Positions 1 to 10,353 of a stretch of 64,000 nt of DNA are shown piece by piece. Below the pieces are notes generated by a model, which was not told the origin of the DNA, made no database searches, and was given only the letters and a program-made list of their open reading frames with translations. The position numbers and the translations under genes were made by a program. Position 1 is the stretch's first letter, and each line of letters starts with the position of its first letter. This DNA is from Dehalococcoidales bacterium (GTDB lineage: Bacteria; Chloroflexota; Dehalococcoidia; Dehalococcoidales; CSSed11-197), in the NCBI GenBank assembly GCA_028717385.1, contig JAQUNW010000001.1, forward strand, positions 13,062 through 77,061, given 5' to 3'.

Positions 1-241
1 CTACCACGGGTAACTGGGTAAGTGGCCAGGCTGGTGCAAAACGAGTTATATAGCCATCCAGTTGTTCTCGGTTATTGGTGATACCAGCAACAATTTCCCT
101 GACAAAATCTTCGTTGTCTTTAGATAAGCCCGCGCCGTCAAGAACGCTATTAGCGACCAGATCTCCCGTGTGCCCAGCCAGATCGATCTCATAAAGCGCT
201 TGCAATGTCAAACTTCTTGCCTTGCGGCGCGAGCCAACCAT
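1..241 (-). CDS. nusB: Transcription antitermination factor NusB (N-terminal part; gene runs off the window edge)
   Basis: Own minus-strand translation from the ATG at 241 gives MVGSRRKARSLTLQALYEIDLAGH... The RRKAR-x-ALQALY opening is typical of NusB. The gene is absent from the ORF track because the window truncates it. Confidence 0.7.
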   Translation of the reverse strand, partial: MVGSRRKARSLTLQALYEIDLAGHTGDLVANSVLDGAGLSKDNEDFVREIVAGITNNREQLDGYITRFAPAWPLTQLPVV

Positions 242-253
242 GCCTGTTTACTG

Positions 254-457
254 CTACTCAGTTTTGGACTTCGGCTGTTTGATTTCGATTACCTCTCGGC
301 CTTTGTATGTGCCGCATACCGGGCAGGCGTTGTGCGGTAGTCTCATGGTGTGGCACTCTGGGCATTCCACCAGGGTTGGCATTTCTGCCGTTTTAATGTG
401 ACTGCGGCGCTCGTTTTTCCGTGCTTTAGAAGTTTTTCTTTTTGGTAAGGCTCCCAT
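254..457 (-). CDS. rpmF: 50S ribosomal protein L32
   Basis: 67 aa. Has the MGALPKRKTSKARKNERRSH opening and the CPECH...CPVCG zinc ribbon typical of L32. Confidence 0.9.
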   Translation of the reverse strand: MGALPKRKTSKARKNERRSHIKTAEMPTLVECPECHTMRLPHNACPVCGTYKGREVIEIKQPKSKTE

Positions 458-471
458 TTATCTCTCCAATC

Positions 472-912
472 TTAAAATATAATACCAGGGCAATCTTCCC
501 GACATAAAGGTTTCATCGGCTTAGCCAGTATAGCATACTGACGAGCTGCATCAGTAATGTCTAAATAATGGTTCTCATCTATAGTAAAGCTATCTTTGTC
601 TTCAGGTGCATCATTGTACTCGTCTCGGTAAATATCAAGTAACGGGAAATATTCTTCTTCAAAATCAAATTCGAGTTTTCTTTGGAAAATCCCCAGGCAC
701 CGCGCGCATTCAAGGTTAACTTCAGTGGAAAGATGAGCCCGGACGAGAATTCCGTTGGAAGTTCGTAGCAACTTAACCGTTCCTGTGATACGGCTCGGTT
801 GCGATTCATCCAGGATAACTGCGTTATCATCTACATGATAATCGCGTACTGCACCCACGCCTTCTTTAAGAAGTTGGGCAACATGGAATTGCATTACAAG
901 GGGTTCGTTCAC
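472..912 (-). CDS. YceD/DUF177 family protein (23S rRNA accumulation protein)
   Basis: 146 aa, acidic, with CxRC...C..DC cysteine pairs. It lies immediately upstream of rpmF, the classical yceD-rpmF arrangement. Confidence 0.75.
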   Translation of the reverse strand: MNEPLVMQFHVAQLLKEGVGAVRDYHVDDNAVILDESQPSRITGTVKLLRTSNGILVRAHLSTEVNLECARCLGIFQRKLEFDFEEEYFPLLDIYRDEYNDAPEDKDSFTIDENHYLDITDAARQYAILAKPMKPLCREDCPGIIF

Positions 913-970
913 AATAAAGACTTACTTTAAAATTACATTATATAATTACAGGTAAAATAGCTGCAAATAA

Positions 971-2647
971 CTACATTGCATCAGGGACGGACATTCCCAT
1001 CAAGCGCAGTGTAGAGGCAAATACTGATTTGGCGGCTATTACCAATTTGAGCCGCGCACGTGACAGCTCCGGTTGATCTTTTTGTACAACTCGACATTGC
1101 TTGTAAAAGCTGTGGAAAAGAGTAGCCAAATCCAGTGCATAGTAAGCCAGGTGATGGGGTTCCAGTGTTTTAGCTACCAAGCCGATCACTTCAGGGAGTT
1201 CCACGAGTTTTCGTATCAAGGCAAGCTCAGAAGGATCATTCAACAGGGTAGTATCTCCGTCGACATGAGATATAGCTTCATCATGTGCCAGGCGGAGAAT
1301 GCTGGCGATACGAGCATGAGCATATTGGATATAGTAAACAGGGTTTTCGGCGGACTCGCGCAACGCCAATTCCAAATCAAAATCCATCTGAGAATCGGCT
1401 GAACGGGAAAGAAAGAAATAACGGCAAGCATCAGCGCCAACTTCCTCTACCACTTCCTTGAGTGTGATTAGTTCGCCACTGCGTTTGGATATTCGCACTA
1501 ACTCGCCGCCTCGCTTGAGGGTAACCATCTGGGAAATAATTACGTCTAATCGTTCAGGGTCAATATTCATAGCGCTTAATACGCTTTTCATCCGTGATAC
1601 GTGTCCCTGGTGGTCTGCTCCCCATATATCAATGACACGGTCAAAACCGCGTATGATAAACTTGTTGTAATGATAGGCAATATCAGCAGCGAAATAAGTG
1701 GGGGAGCCATCGCTTCTTATTACAACATTGTCTTTGCTATCTCCGAGGCTGGTGGAAACAAACCAGGTGGCAAACTCCTTGTTGGCAAGATAGCCACCTT
1801 CCTGCAATATGCTCATGGCTTTCTGGAAATAGCCTTCATTGTATAAAGAGCGCTCAGAAAACCATTCGTCAAAATCAACTTTTAAAATCGAGAGTTCGGT
1901 TTTTATTTCGGCAATCATTTTATTCAGGCCCATCTCACCCAGCTCATGAATTGCATCATTTGATGGCATATCGAGGTATTTTCTGCCAACTTCAGCGATT
2001 AACTCCTGGGCGATGGTTACCATATAGGCGCCAAAATAACCTTCTTGGGGCACTTCGGCTTCAATGCCGAATTCTTGCTGGTAACGAGCGAATAGTGAGC
2101 GTTTGAAAGCATCGATCTGGCTTCCAGCGTCATTAATATAATATTCACGGCTGACAGCGTAACCACACGCACCAAGCACATTGGCGAGAGTAGAGCCAAG
2201 TACGGCACCCCGTCCGTGACCAACATGCAAGGGGCCAGTTGGGTTCACACTCACATACTCAACTTGAATTTTCTCGCCTTTTCCGACGTCAATCCGAGTA
2301 CAACTATCAGGTTGGGAGAGTATCATGTCCACTTGGGAAGAGAGCCATGCCGAAGAGATGGTGAAATTTATAAAACCGGGCAGAGCCACTTCTACTCTGG
2401 AGATTTCTGGCATATGAGAAAGATTACGGGTGATTTCATAGGCAATATCAGCGGGTTTTTTGGCCATAGCGCGAGTGCATTTGAGGGGAAGACTGGTTGC
2501 GATATCTCCGTGCTCGCAGCGCTGAGGGTGTTCGAGGATAACAGCAGGAACTGGTACCTGTGGTAAAGTTCCTTCAGCCTGTGCCTTCTTGATGGCATTT
2601 TCGATTTCAAGAGTCAATTTTTGTTTAAGTGTGAGTATATTAGTCAT
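971..2647 (-). CDS. argS: Arginine--tRNA ligase
   Basis: 558 aa. Class I signature [12 protein letters not shown], an ISKRSG (KMSKS-like) motif and a DALR-type C-terminal anticodon-binding region. Confidence 0.95.
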   Translation of the reverse strand: MTNILTLKQKLTLEIENAIKKAQAEGTLPQVPVPAVILEHPQRCEHGDIATSLPLKCTRAMAKKPADIAYEITRNLSHMPEISRVEVALPGFINFTISSAWLSSQVDMILSQPDSCTRIDVGKGEKIQVEYVSVNPTGPLHVGHGRGAVLGSTLANVLGACGYAVSREYYINDAGSQIDAFKRSLFARYQQEFGIEAEVPQEGYFGAYMVTIAQELIAEVGRKYLDMPSNDAIHELGEMGLNKMIAEIKTELSILKVDFDEWFSERSLYNEGYFQKAMSILQEGGYLANKEFATWFVSTSLGDSKDNVVIRSDGSPTYFAADIAYHYNKFIIRGFDRVIDIWGADHQGHVSRMKSVLSAMNIDPERLDVIISQMVTLKRGGELVRISKRSGELITLKEVVEEVGADACRYFFLSRSADSQMDFDLELALRESAENPVYYIQYAHARIASILRLAHDEAISHVDGDTTLLNDPSELALIRKLVELPEVIGLVAKTLEPHHLAYYALDLATLFHSFYKQCRVVQKDQPELSRARLKLVIAAKSVFASTLRLMGMSVPDAM

Positions 2648-2723
2648 ATCAATCAGAAGAGTAGATTATAACACAGCAAGAAAACCTTTGCGATTTCCTC
2701 CGTGTATCGATTAAGAGAAGGTG

Positions 2724-5168
2724 TTAGCTAATACTGGTTCCCTTATTTTGCCATACTCGTTTGAGTTCTTCAGAAAGTAGCGCATGCCCCGATTTTTCCA
2801 GGCTCGGGTCAGAAGAAAAAAGGCTGATTGCTTCTCGTCGTGCTAATTCGAGTAAGGGAACATCGCTGAGGCGCGCCATTTTAAGATCAGGGATACCAGA
2901 TTGGCGCGTGCCGAAGAATTCTCCCGGACCACGCAATTCAAGGTCCTTTTCTGCCAATTTGAAACCATCATGAAGTTCTTCGATGGCTTTCAAGCGTTCA
3001 GCGCCAATTTCAGTTGTATTTTCGGCAAGTAACATACAATAACTCTGGTACGCGCCTCGTCCTACACGACCGCGAAACTGATGAAGCTGGGAAAGCCCAA
3101 AACGGTTGGCGCTTTGTATTAAAATAACCGTAGCGTTTGGAACGTCGATGCCCACCTCCACTACTGGTGTTGCAACCAGAACTTCGAGTGTTCCGGAATG
3201 AAATTCTTTCATGACTTTTTCTTTTTCCGCTGCTTTCATGCGGCCATGTAACAAACCGATGCGCAGATTTGGGAATATTTCTCGGCTTAGCCGCTCATAT
3301 TCCTGGGTGGCTGCTTTTGCTTGCAAGGAATCCGATTCTTCTACTAGAGGGCATATAATAAAAACCTGCCGTCCTTCAGAAACCTGTTTGCGTATGAAAT
3401 TATATGCTTTATAGGTCTCTTCGGGCTTTAGCCACCGGGTTTTGATTATCTGTCTTCCCGGAGGCAGTTCGTCAATTACAGAAAGATCCAAATCACCATA
3501 CAGCGTAAGGGCAAGTGTTCTGGGGATAGGAGTTGCCGTCATCACCAGAACATGGGGATTATCGCCCTTTTTTCTTAAAGCCTGCCGTTGTAACACTCCA
3601 AACCGATGCTGCTCATCGATTACCAAAAAGCCAAGATCTTTAAAGGTCACCTCTTCCTGTATGATGGCGTGGGTGCCAATAATAATATTAACGCTACCAT
3701 TGGCTATATTTTCTTTAATCTCTCGTTTAGCGGCTGGTTTAATATCACTGGTGAGCAATGTTACCGCAGCGTTTATACCAGGTTCAATTTCAAAAATGTT
3801 TGAGTTTCCATTATTCAGCGCAGGTCCAAAGACTGATTCGAGCAGATTAGTAACTGCTTTAAAGTGTTGTTGGGCAAGAATCTCGGTAGGCGCCATTAAA
3901 GACGCTTGTCTGCCGGTAGCTACCGTCGCAAGCAGGGCGACTAAAGCAACAATAGTTTTACCGCTGCCAACTTCACCCTGGAGTAGGCGAGACATCGGTA
4001 TATCCAGCGCCAAATCTCCAAGTATCTCGTTAATTACCCTTTTTTGCGCCGCAGTTAATTCATAAGGAAGACCATTAACAAAGGTGGACAATAAGCGCTG
4101 ATTTGCTTTAATTGGGCTGGTTTTGTTTACCTGCCACTGTTTCTTTTTTTTCAGTACACCGAGCTGGAGCAAGAACAGCTCATCAAAAGCGAGTCTGATG
4201 CGTGCCCGGTCTTTAAGCTCAATAGAATCTGGAAAATGCGCCTGGTTAATTGCCTGGTATACGGGCAGCAGATTATTGCGATTGATAATGTTAGCTGGAA
4301 GATATTCTTTAACAAAACCGGAGAACTGATCGACTGTGCTCTTAATGGTTTTTCTAAGAGCTCGCTGATGGAGGCCTTTTGTAAGTGGATACACTGGTAC
4401 CAATCTGCCTGCGTGAATCAGTTCTTCGGTAGAATCCAGAAATTCCCAGTCTGGAGATTCATATACTGGCCGTCCGTTAAAAAAGCGCACGCGACCACTG
4501 AGCACAATTTGGCTTGAACCAGTTAGCTGACGCACAAGATATGGATTATTAAACCAGACAGCGCGGATATTGCCGGTACTATCACCTAGAATTGCTTCAG
4601 TGCTGGGACGACCGCCGATATTGACTTTTCTAACCTCCCAGATGTTGGCAATAATTGTCTCTTCTTGACCTTCAGTTAGCTGGGATATAGTTTTCAGACG
4701 ACTGTAATCCAGATGGCGAAAGGGGAATAAAAAGAGCATATCCCGGATGGTTTTTACACCAAGTCGTGCGAGTTTTTCAGCGTAAACTGTGCTGATGCCT
4801 TTTAAAATGGTAACTGGTGATTCAAGGCTGGCCGAAATTGGCTGGTTATCTTTAATAGTCTTAGCAGGAGTATTGGTGCGTTTTGGCCGGGGAGTACTGG
4901 CAGCTTCTGTTGATTTAGGAGTAATGATTTTTCCAAGCTGCCCTATCCATGTTTTCCTTTCTTCCGGACTCATGGAGGAATATCTGACTTTGCGAGAAAC
5001 AATCCGTTTTAAAAGCGATGTTTCCGTTGGTGTCGGAGGCTTAATCAGGTTATGCTGCGTCCAATTATCCAGAAAACGGTCGATACCACCGATTACGGCT
5101 GTATCGAGGTAACCTTTCTGGGCTTCGAGCCGGAATATTTTTTGTAGAGTTTCCAGGTCCACCGTCAA
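2724..5168 (-). CDS. recG: ATP-dependent DNA helicase RecG
   Basis: 814 aa. Walker A GEVGSGKT, a DEQHRFG box, TATPIPRT, a wedge/OB region and QLHQFRGRVGRG. Confidence 0.95.
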   Translation of the reverse strand: MTVDLETLQKIFRLEAQKGYLDTAVIGGIDRFLDNWTQHNLIKPPTPTETSLLKRIVSRKVRYSSMSPEERKTWIGQLGKIITPKSTEAASTPRPKRTNTPAKTIKDNQPISASLESPVTILKGISTVYAEKLARLGVKTIRDMLFLFPFRHLDYSRLKTISQLTEGQEETIIANIWEVRKVNIGGRPSTEAILGDSTGNIRAVWFNNPYLVRQLTGSSQIVLSGRVRFFNGRPVYESPDWEFLDSTEELIHAGRLVPVYPLTKGLHQRALRKTIKSTVDQFSGFVKEYLPANIINRNNLLPVYQAINQAHFPDSIELKDRARIRLAFDELFLLQLGVLKKKKQWQVNKTSPIKANQRLLSTFVNGLPYELTAAQKRVINEILGDLALDIPMSRLLQGEVGSGKTIVALVALLATVATGRQASLMAPTEILAQQHFKAVTNLLESVFGPALNNGNSNIFEIEPGINAAVTLLTSDIKPAAKREIKENIANGSVNIIIGTHAIIQEEVTFKDLGFLVIDEQHRFGVLQRQALRKKGDNPHVLVMTATPIPRTLALTLYGDLDLSVIDELPPGRQIIKTRWLKPEETYKAYNFIRKQVSEGRQVFIICPLVEESDSLQAKAATQEYERLSREIFPNLRIGLLHGRMKAAEKEKVMKEFHSGTLEVLVATPVVEVGIDVPNATVILIQSANRFGLSQLHQFRGRVGRGAYQSYCMLLAENTTEIGAERLKAIEELHDGFKLAEKDLELRGPGEFFGTRQSGIPDLKMARLSDVPLLELARREAISLFSSDPSLEKSGHALLSEELKRVWQNKGTSIS

Positions 5169-5195
5169 GAATCCCTCTCCCTGGTGCGGAAGCTT

Positions 5196-6140
5196 TTATT
5201 GCGACACAAAACGTAATTTAGGTAATTTAATCTCAGGCAAAGATGGTAAAGTAAAAAGCCTTTTTTCTGCCAGCTCGCTGATCGTGCGTTGTGAAATTTC
5301 TTCCGCTTTTTTACGTACAGCAACCACCAAAGTCCCCGGGCCGCCATGAACACCAAGCGCTGGGCCCAGTTTCGAGATAGAAATAGGACGAGGCAGGCTG
5401 ATATTACCGAGGCGGTATTTCATTGATTGAGCTTCATCAGGGGAGGTGGAATGTACTATTGCCATATCTTGTATGTTTGTAATAGAGTTCGCAAGTTCTA
5501 TCAAACGATCGATTGCTCGATTACGGGTACGGGCTACCCCGATCGGGAAAATTTCTCCATCTCGCATGGTTAGCAGCGGTTTAATATTCAGCATGCTTCC
5601 CACAAGAGCTTTTGCTTTTCCAATTCTTCCCCCACGATGGAGGTATTTAAGAGTATCGAATGTTGCCCATATGTGAGTGTTATTTATAGCCGCTTTAATT
5701 TCATTGACTATTTTTTCGATTGTATTGCCGGCTCTGGCCATTTGTGCCGCGAGAACAGTAAGCATGCCCATTCCCATAGAAGTTAGTTGGGAGTCTACAA
5801 CATGAACACGGCTACCTTCTTCAAGCATGTTTTTAGCAGATAAAGCAGAAGCATAAATACCGCTTAATCGACCGGTTACCTGGATCGAAATTATATGATC
5901 CACTTCTTTCAGAAGAGAGCGATAAACTTCTGCGAAATCGGCTGGAGGTGGTTGGGAAGTGGTAACGGTTTCTTGCATGTCTACCATACGCCGATATAGT
6001 TCATCTTGGGATATATCGATCCCATCCCGGTAGGTTTTTCCATTAAGAAGGACATACGCCGGTACAACTTCTATTCCATACTCACGAATGAGTTCTTCCG
6101 GCAAATCTGCAGTAGAATCGGTAACCACTTTAATTGACAT
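5196..6140 (-). CDS. DegV family fatty-acid-binding protein
   Basis: 314 aa. IKVVTDSTADLP opening and a LHRGGRIGKA motif typical of DegV. Confidence 0.85.
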   Translation of the reverse strand: MSIKVVTDSTADLPEELIREYGIEVVPAYVLLNGKTYRDGIDISQDELYRRMVDMQETVTTSQPPPADFAEVYRSLLKEVDHIISIQVTGRLSGIYASALSAKNMLEEGSRVHVVDSQLTSMGMGMLTVLAAQMARAGNTIEKIVNEIKAAINNTHIWATFDTLKYLHRGGRIGKAKALVGSMLNIKPLLTMRDGEIFPIGVARTRNRAIDRLIELANSITNIQDMAIVHSTSPDEAQSMKYRLGNISLPRPISISKLGPALGVHGGPGTLVVAVRKKAEEISQRTISELAEKRLFTLPSLPEIKLPKLRFVSQ

Positions 6141-6152
6141 GTTAATTCTCCT

Positions 6153-7016
6153 TTAGGTGGTCTTTTCCCCTTCGAGAATAAACACTCCGACTACGTTTGG
6201 CCCCATATAAGTGCCGAGTACCGGGCTCATGGTGGAGCGGATAATTTTATCCTTGGGAAAGATTTCTGCAAGACGTTCCACCAGTGTATTGGCATCATCG
6301 GGAGTTGTTGCATGTTCAACCGCTATGGCCTCTATATTGCCAGAGTATTGGGCGGCGAAATTATAAAGATGGTCAAGACCAGCTTTCTTGGAACGTACGC
6401 GTGCAGCCGGGGATACTTCTCCATCGTCCAGGGTTACGATTGGCTTGATGGAAAGAAGGGAACCTACCAGCCCCTGTGCCTTGCCAACGCGCCCACCTTT
6501 GGCTAGATACTTTAGAGTCTCAAAATAAACATACGGATGGCAACGATTTATATTGGTTCGGACGGAAGAAGCAACTTCTTCCAGCTTGGCGCCTGTTTTG
6601 GCTTTCTGGGCAGCGTTGATAGCCAATAACCCGAGTCCCATAGCGGTACTGCGGGAATCGATGACTTCAATTTTTACTCCCTTTTTCTTTACCATGCTTG
6701 TGGCACTGACTGCGGATTGATAAGTGCCGCTTAATTTGCCTGATATCACAATAACAACTATTTCGCTAGTTTCTTCGGCCAGCTGGTTATAGACTTCGGC
6801 AAAAACACCCGGTGAAGGCTGGGTGGTGGTTGGAAAGACATCTTCAACCAGGCGTTCATAAAACTCATCGGTAGACATTTCTACCCTGTCGAGAAATGAC
6901 TGTTTGCCAAAGAAAACAGTAAGCGGCACAACAGTTATCCCGAGCGATAGTGCAAGATCGCGGGTAATATCCGAAGTCGAGTCTGTGACTATCTTGACCA
7001 TTGAAAATCCTCCCAA
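6153..7016 (-). CDS. DegV family fatty-acid-binding protein (paralogue)
   Basis: 287 aa. VKIVTDSTSDI and LAKGGRVGKA motifs. The true start may be the internal Met at 7001. Confidence 0.85.
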   Translation of the reverse strand: MGGFSMVKIVTDSTSDITRDLALSLGITVVPLTVFFGKQSFLDRVEMSTDEFYERLVEDVFPTTTQPSPGVFAEVYNQLAEETSEIVVIVISGKLSGTYQSAVSATSMVKKKGVKIEVIDSRSTAMGLGLLAINAAQKAKTGAKLEEVASSVRTNINRCHPYVYFETLKYLAKGGRVGKAQGLVGSLLSIKPIVTLDDGEVSPAARVRSKKAGLDHLYNFAAQYSGNIEAIAVEHATTPDDANTLVERLAEIFPKDKIIRSTMSPVLGTYMGPNVVGVFILEGEKTT

Positions 7017-7021
7017 CCTAA

Positions 7022-8665
7022 TTATTCTAGAGACAGAATGTAGTTGTAGTGGCGTTGACCGCCCTTTATTATTTCTGCTTGTAAATGAGGGTACTTTCCG
7101 GTTATAGAAGCCGACACAGATTCGGCACCGGCTCCATCTTCGCTTTCGCCATAATATACGGTTACTACTTCGGCTGCTGAGATGTCAATCTGTTCAAAGG
7201 CCTGGTTGAGGCTGTTTTGAAGACTGTCATCAGCTGATATAATCTGACCGTCAAGTATAGATATATACTGTTTTTTCTGAATGTCAAGACCGTTAACCTG
7301 AGTGGAGCGAACTGCCTGGGTTATTTCAATTGTCGCAACAGAGTTTATGGCTTCACTCATTAATTTATGATTGGTATCAAAGTCTGCATCATAGTCAAAA
7401 GCCAACAGGGCAGCAATACCCTGGGGCATGGTTTTACTGGGAACGACGTGTATGTTTTTTTCGGTAAGTTTTTTTACTTGCTCAGCAGCTAATATTATGT
7501 TTTTGTTATTGGGCAGGATGATGATATTTTCGGCTGCGCATTTTTCTACCGCCTGGAATATATCCTTGGTGGAAGGGTTCATAGTTTGGCCGCCAGGTAC
7601 AATAAAACTCACCCCCAGGCTGGAGAACACTTCGGCAAACCCGTCACCAGCTACAACAGCGACCATCGAGATGCCACCAGCAGGAGCTTTTTCTTTTTGC
7701 ATTTCAATAAAGTCTTCATGTTGTTCGTCCATATTTTGTATATGAACATTATCAAGTGTGCCTAACGTGGTGAGATATCCAATCACCCAGCCCGGATCTA
7801 GGGTATGAACATGAATTCTTATTGTCTTATCGTCCCCGACGACAACAAGAGACTCACCGCGTTTTTTTAATTTTGTGGTAATTTTTTCCACATCCAGAGA
7901 CTGTCCCTTTAGCAGCAAGTTAGTACAATAGCCAAAAGGTACTTCATCATCGCAAATAGATTCTGGAGTGGTGATGCTGTGGGGTGTCAGTGGTACTTTA
8001 GATGGAATAATTTGAGGTTTGCGGAACTGCATGGCATCAGCTTCCCCTTTGAGGTATCTGAGTGCTCCATCCAGTATGATACATAACCCCTGGCCGCCAG
8101 CATCCACTACCCCTGCTTCTCTTAGCACCTTGAGCAGAGCGGGTGTATTGGCTACAGATTCACTGGCAGCAGTAACAGCTTCTTCCATAATGGAAACAAT
8201 GTCGCTAGTTCCATTAAGAGACTTGGCTTTGGCAGCTTTTGCGACATCTTTAATTACGGTCAGAATAGTTCCTTCAACCGGATTGCTAATGCCTTTGTAG
8301 GCGGTGATAGAAGCTTGTTCAAATGCTTTGGCTATACAGCGGCCATCACAGGTTTCTACTTCTTCAAGGCTGCGAGATAACCCGGCTATTATCTGGGAAA
8401 GGATAACGCCACTGTTGCCGCGGGCTCCCATAAGCGCACCGCGGGACATTGTTTTTGCCACTTCGGCAACTGTTGCAGCACTTGGATCTTTGACTTCATC
8501 AAGTGCCGAGTGCATGGTAAGGAGCATGTTAGTACCGGTATCTCCATCAGGAACAGGGAAAACATTTAAAGCGTTTACATCGGCAACACTTTTTTCCAGC
8601 CATTCGGTTGCGACCAAAAACATTTCGTGAAAGTCCTTACCGCTTAAGGTTCTTGTAAATTGCAT
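7022..8665 (-). CDS. DAK2 domain fusion protein (YloV-like)
   Basis: 547 aa. DAK2-type N-terminus (PVPDGDTGTNM, GARGNSGVILSQ) plus a DegV-like C-terminal half. The yloV-...-recG neighbourhood with divergent rpmB matches the Firmicutes-type synteny. Confidence 0.85.
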   Translation of the reverse strand: MQFTRTLSGKDFHEMFLVATEWLEKSVADVNALNVFPVPDGDTGTNMLLTMHSALDEVKDPSAATVAEVAKTMSRGALMGARGNSGVILSQIIAGLSRSLEEVETCDGRCIAKAFEQASITAYKGISNPVEGTILTVIKDVAKAAKAKSLNGTSDIVSIMEEAVTAASESVANTPALLKVLREAGVVDAGGQGLCIILDGALRYLKGEADAMQFRKPQIIPSKVPLTPHSITTPESICDDEVPFGYCTNLLLKGQSLDVEKITTKLKKRGESLVVVGDDKTIRIHVHTLDPGWVIGYLTTLGTLDNVHIQNMDEQHEDFIEMQKEKAPAGGISMVAVVAGDGFAEVFSSLGVSFIVPGGQTMNPSTKDIFQAVEKCAAENIIILPNNKNIILAAEQVKKLTEKNIHVVPSKTMPQGIAALLAFDYDADFDTNHKLMSEAINSVATIEITQAVRSTQVNGLDIQKKQYISILDGQIISADDSLQNSLNQAFEQIDISAAEVVTVYYGESEDGAGAESVSASITGKYPHLQAEIIKGGQRHYNYILSLE

Positions 8666-8778
8666 ATTAATATTAGTCCTTGCTAAGACTTAAAGCCTTG
8701 TGATAAAGTATTAGGGTTGCCACGTTGCGGGCATTCTACAACAATTCATCATATCCGTCAAAGGAGTTAACTGAGCAC

Positions 8779-8967
8779 ATGAAATGTGAATTCTGTGGTA
8801 AAAGTGTACAATTTGGGCATAATGTATCCCACTCAAAAAGGCGCACCAATCGCAAGTGGTCTGCAAATATCCATTCTTCAAAGATTGCAATAGATGGCAA
8901 GATTTTGCGTTTGAAGCTTTGTACCCGCTGTCGTCGCACCCAGCGCCGAGTAGCTGCAAACGGATAA
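8779..8967 (+). CDS. rpmB: 50S ribosomal protein L28
   Basis: MKCEFCGKSVQFGHNVSHSKRRTNRKW... is a typical L28. AAGGAG at 8761-8766 precedes the ATG at 8779, and the ORF-track start at 8725 is probably too early. Confidence 0.85.
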   Translation: MKCEFCGKSVQFGHNVSHSKRRTNRKWSANIHSSKIAIDGKILRLKLCTRCRRTQRRVAANG

Positions 8968-8973
8968 AAACGT

Positions 8974-10353
8974 TTAATCGCTATCATATCCTATTGAAGC
9001 CCGGGCTTGTTGTAATGCCCGGGTTACTTGTTGTTTGGACGTGCCTCCCGGTATGTTCCTGGATTCAATAGAAGACTCCAGCGTTATCAATAATACGTCT
9101 TTATCGAAAGCTGTCGAAAACTTCTGATATTCATTTAGTGCAAGCTGGTCCAGCGGTTTATTAAGGCTGTCTGCATAATTAACCAGCCTACCGGTAATAT
9201 TATGCGCCTGGCGGAAACTGAGCCCCTTATTTACCAGGTAATCAGCCACATCGGTTGCCAGGATATAACCGGTGGCAGCAGCATTTTTCATATTCTCTGC
9301 TTTCACTTCGAGAGTGGCTACCATACCACTGAATAACTCAAGGCTCAGCAAGACAGTATCAAAGGTATCGAAAATGCCTTCCTTATCCTCCTGGAGATCT
9401 CTGTTATAGCTTAATGGCAGGGATTTCATTACAGTGAGCATGGCAACTAGATTTCCGTATACCCGGCCGGTTTTACCGCGGGCTAGCTCGGCGACATCGG
9501 GATTTTTCTTTTGGGGCATAATGCTGGAACCGGTGGAATACTCATCGTCCAGTTCTATAAAACTGTATTCGCTGGTGCTCCAGAGGATTATTTCCTCAGC
9601 CAATCGCGAAAGGTGCATCATGATGAGAGCACATACAGCATGCAATTCAATTAAATAGTCTCTGTCAGATACAGCATCTATGGAATTGGCACTGATACGG
9701 CTAAATCCCAACTCAGAGGCTACAAAATGCCGGTCAATCTTAAAGCCGGTACCGGCAAGAGCTCCGCTGCCAAGAGGTAGAACATCTACTCTTTTCAAGC
9801 AATCAATGGCGCGCTGTTTGTCCCGCTCAAGCATTTCGAAGTAGGCCAGCAAATGATGCGGAAAAAGTACCGGTTGCGCATGCTGGAGATGAGTACACCC
9901 CGGCATTATTACATCCATATGAGTTTCTGCTTTATCCAGAAGAGAGGTTTGAAAGCTGGTAATAGCCGGTATCAAAGCATTTATGCAATCTTTGGCAAAG
10001 AGGCGCATATCAAGTGCTATCTGGTCATTGCGGGAGCGGCCGGTATGCAGTTTGCCGGCTACATCTCCCTTGATTTCAAACAAGCGAGATTCAACCGCCA
10101 TGTGAATATCTTCGAGTTCCGGCTTGAAAACAAATGTACCGCCTTCCAGTTCCTGCTTGATAGCAATGAGTCCATCTTCAATCTGGCTGGCTTCATCCGG
10201 GGTGATTATTCCCTGTTTTGCCAGCATGCGGGCGTGAGCAATTGAACCACGGATATCCTGTGGATATAGGCGGTAATCAAATGGCAATGAAGTAGTGTAT
10301 TCGATTACTTTTTTACCAGCCGGCTTGGAAAAACGGCTGCGTATATGGCTCAT
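8974..10353 (-). CDS. argH: Argininosuccinate lyase
   Basis: 459 aa. Fumarate-lyase signature GSSIMPQKKNPD and an argH-type N-terminus. Confidence 0.95.
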   Translation of the reverse strand: MSHIRSRFSKPAGKKVIEYTTSLPFDYRLYPQDIRGSIAHARMLAKQGIITPDEASQIEDGLIAIKQELEGGTFVFKPELEDIHMAVESRLFEIKGDVAGKLHTGRSRNDQIALDMRLFAKDCINALIPAITSFQTSLLDKAETHMDVIMPGCTHLQHAQPVLFPHHLLAYFEMLERDKQRAIDCLKRVDVLPLGSGALAGTGFKIDRHFVASELGFSRISANSIDAVSDRDYLIELHAVCALIMMHLSRLAEEIILWSTSEYSFIELDDEYSTGSSIMPQKKNPDVAELARGKTGRVYGNLVAMLTVMKSLPLSYNRDLQEDKEGIFDTFDTVLLSLELFSGMVATLEVKAENMKNAAATGYILATDVADYLVNKGLSFRQAHNITGRLVNYADSLNKPLDQLALNEYQKFSTAFDKDVLLITLESSIESRNIPGGTSKQQVTRALQQARASIGYDSD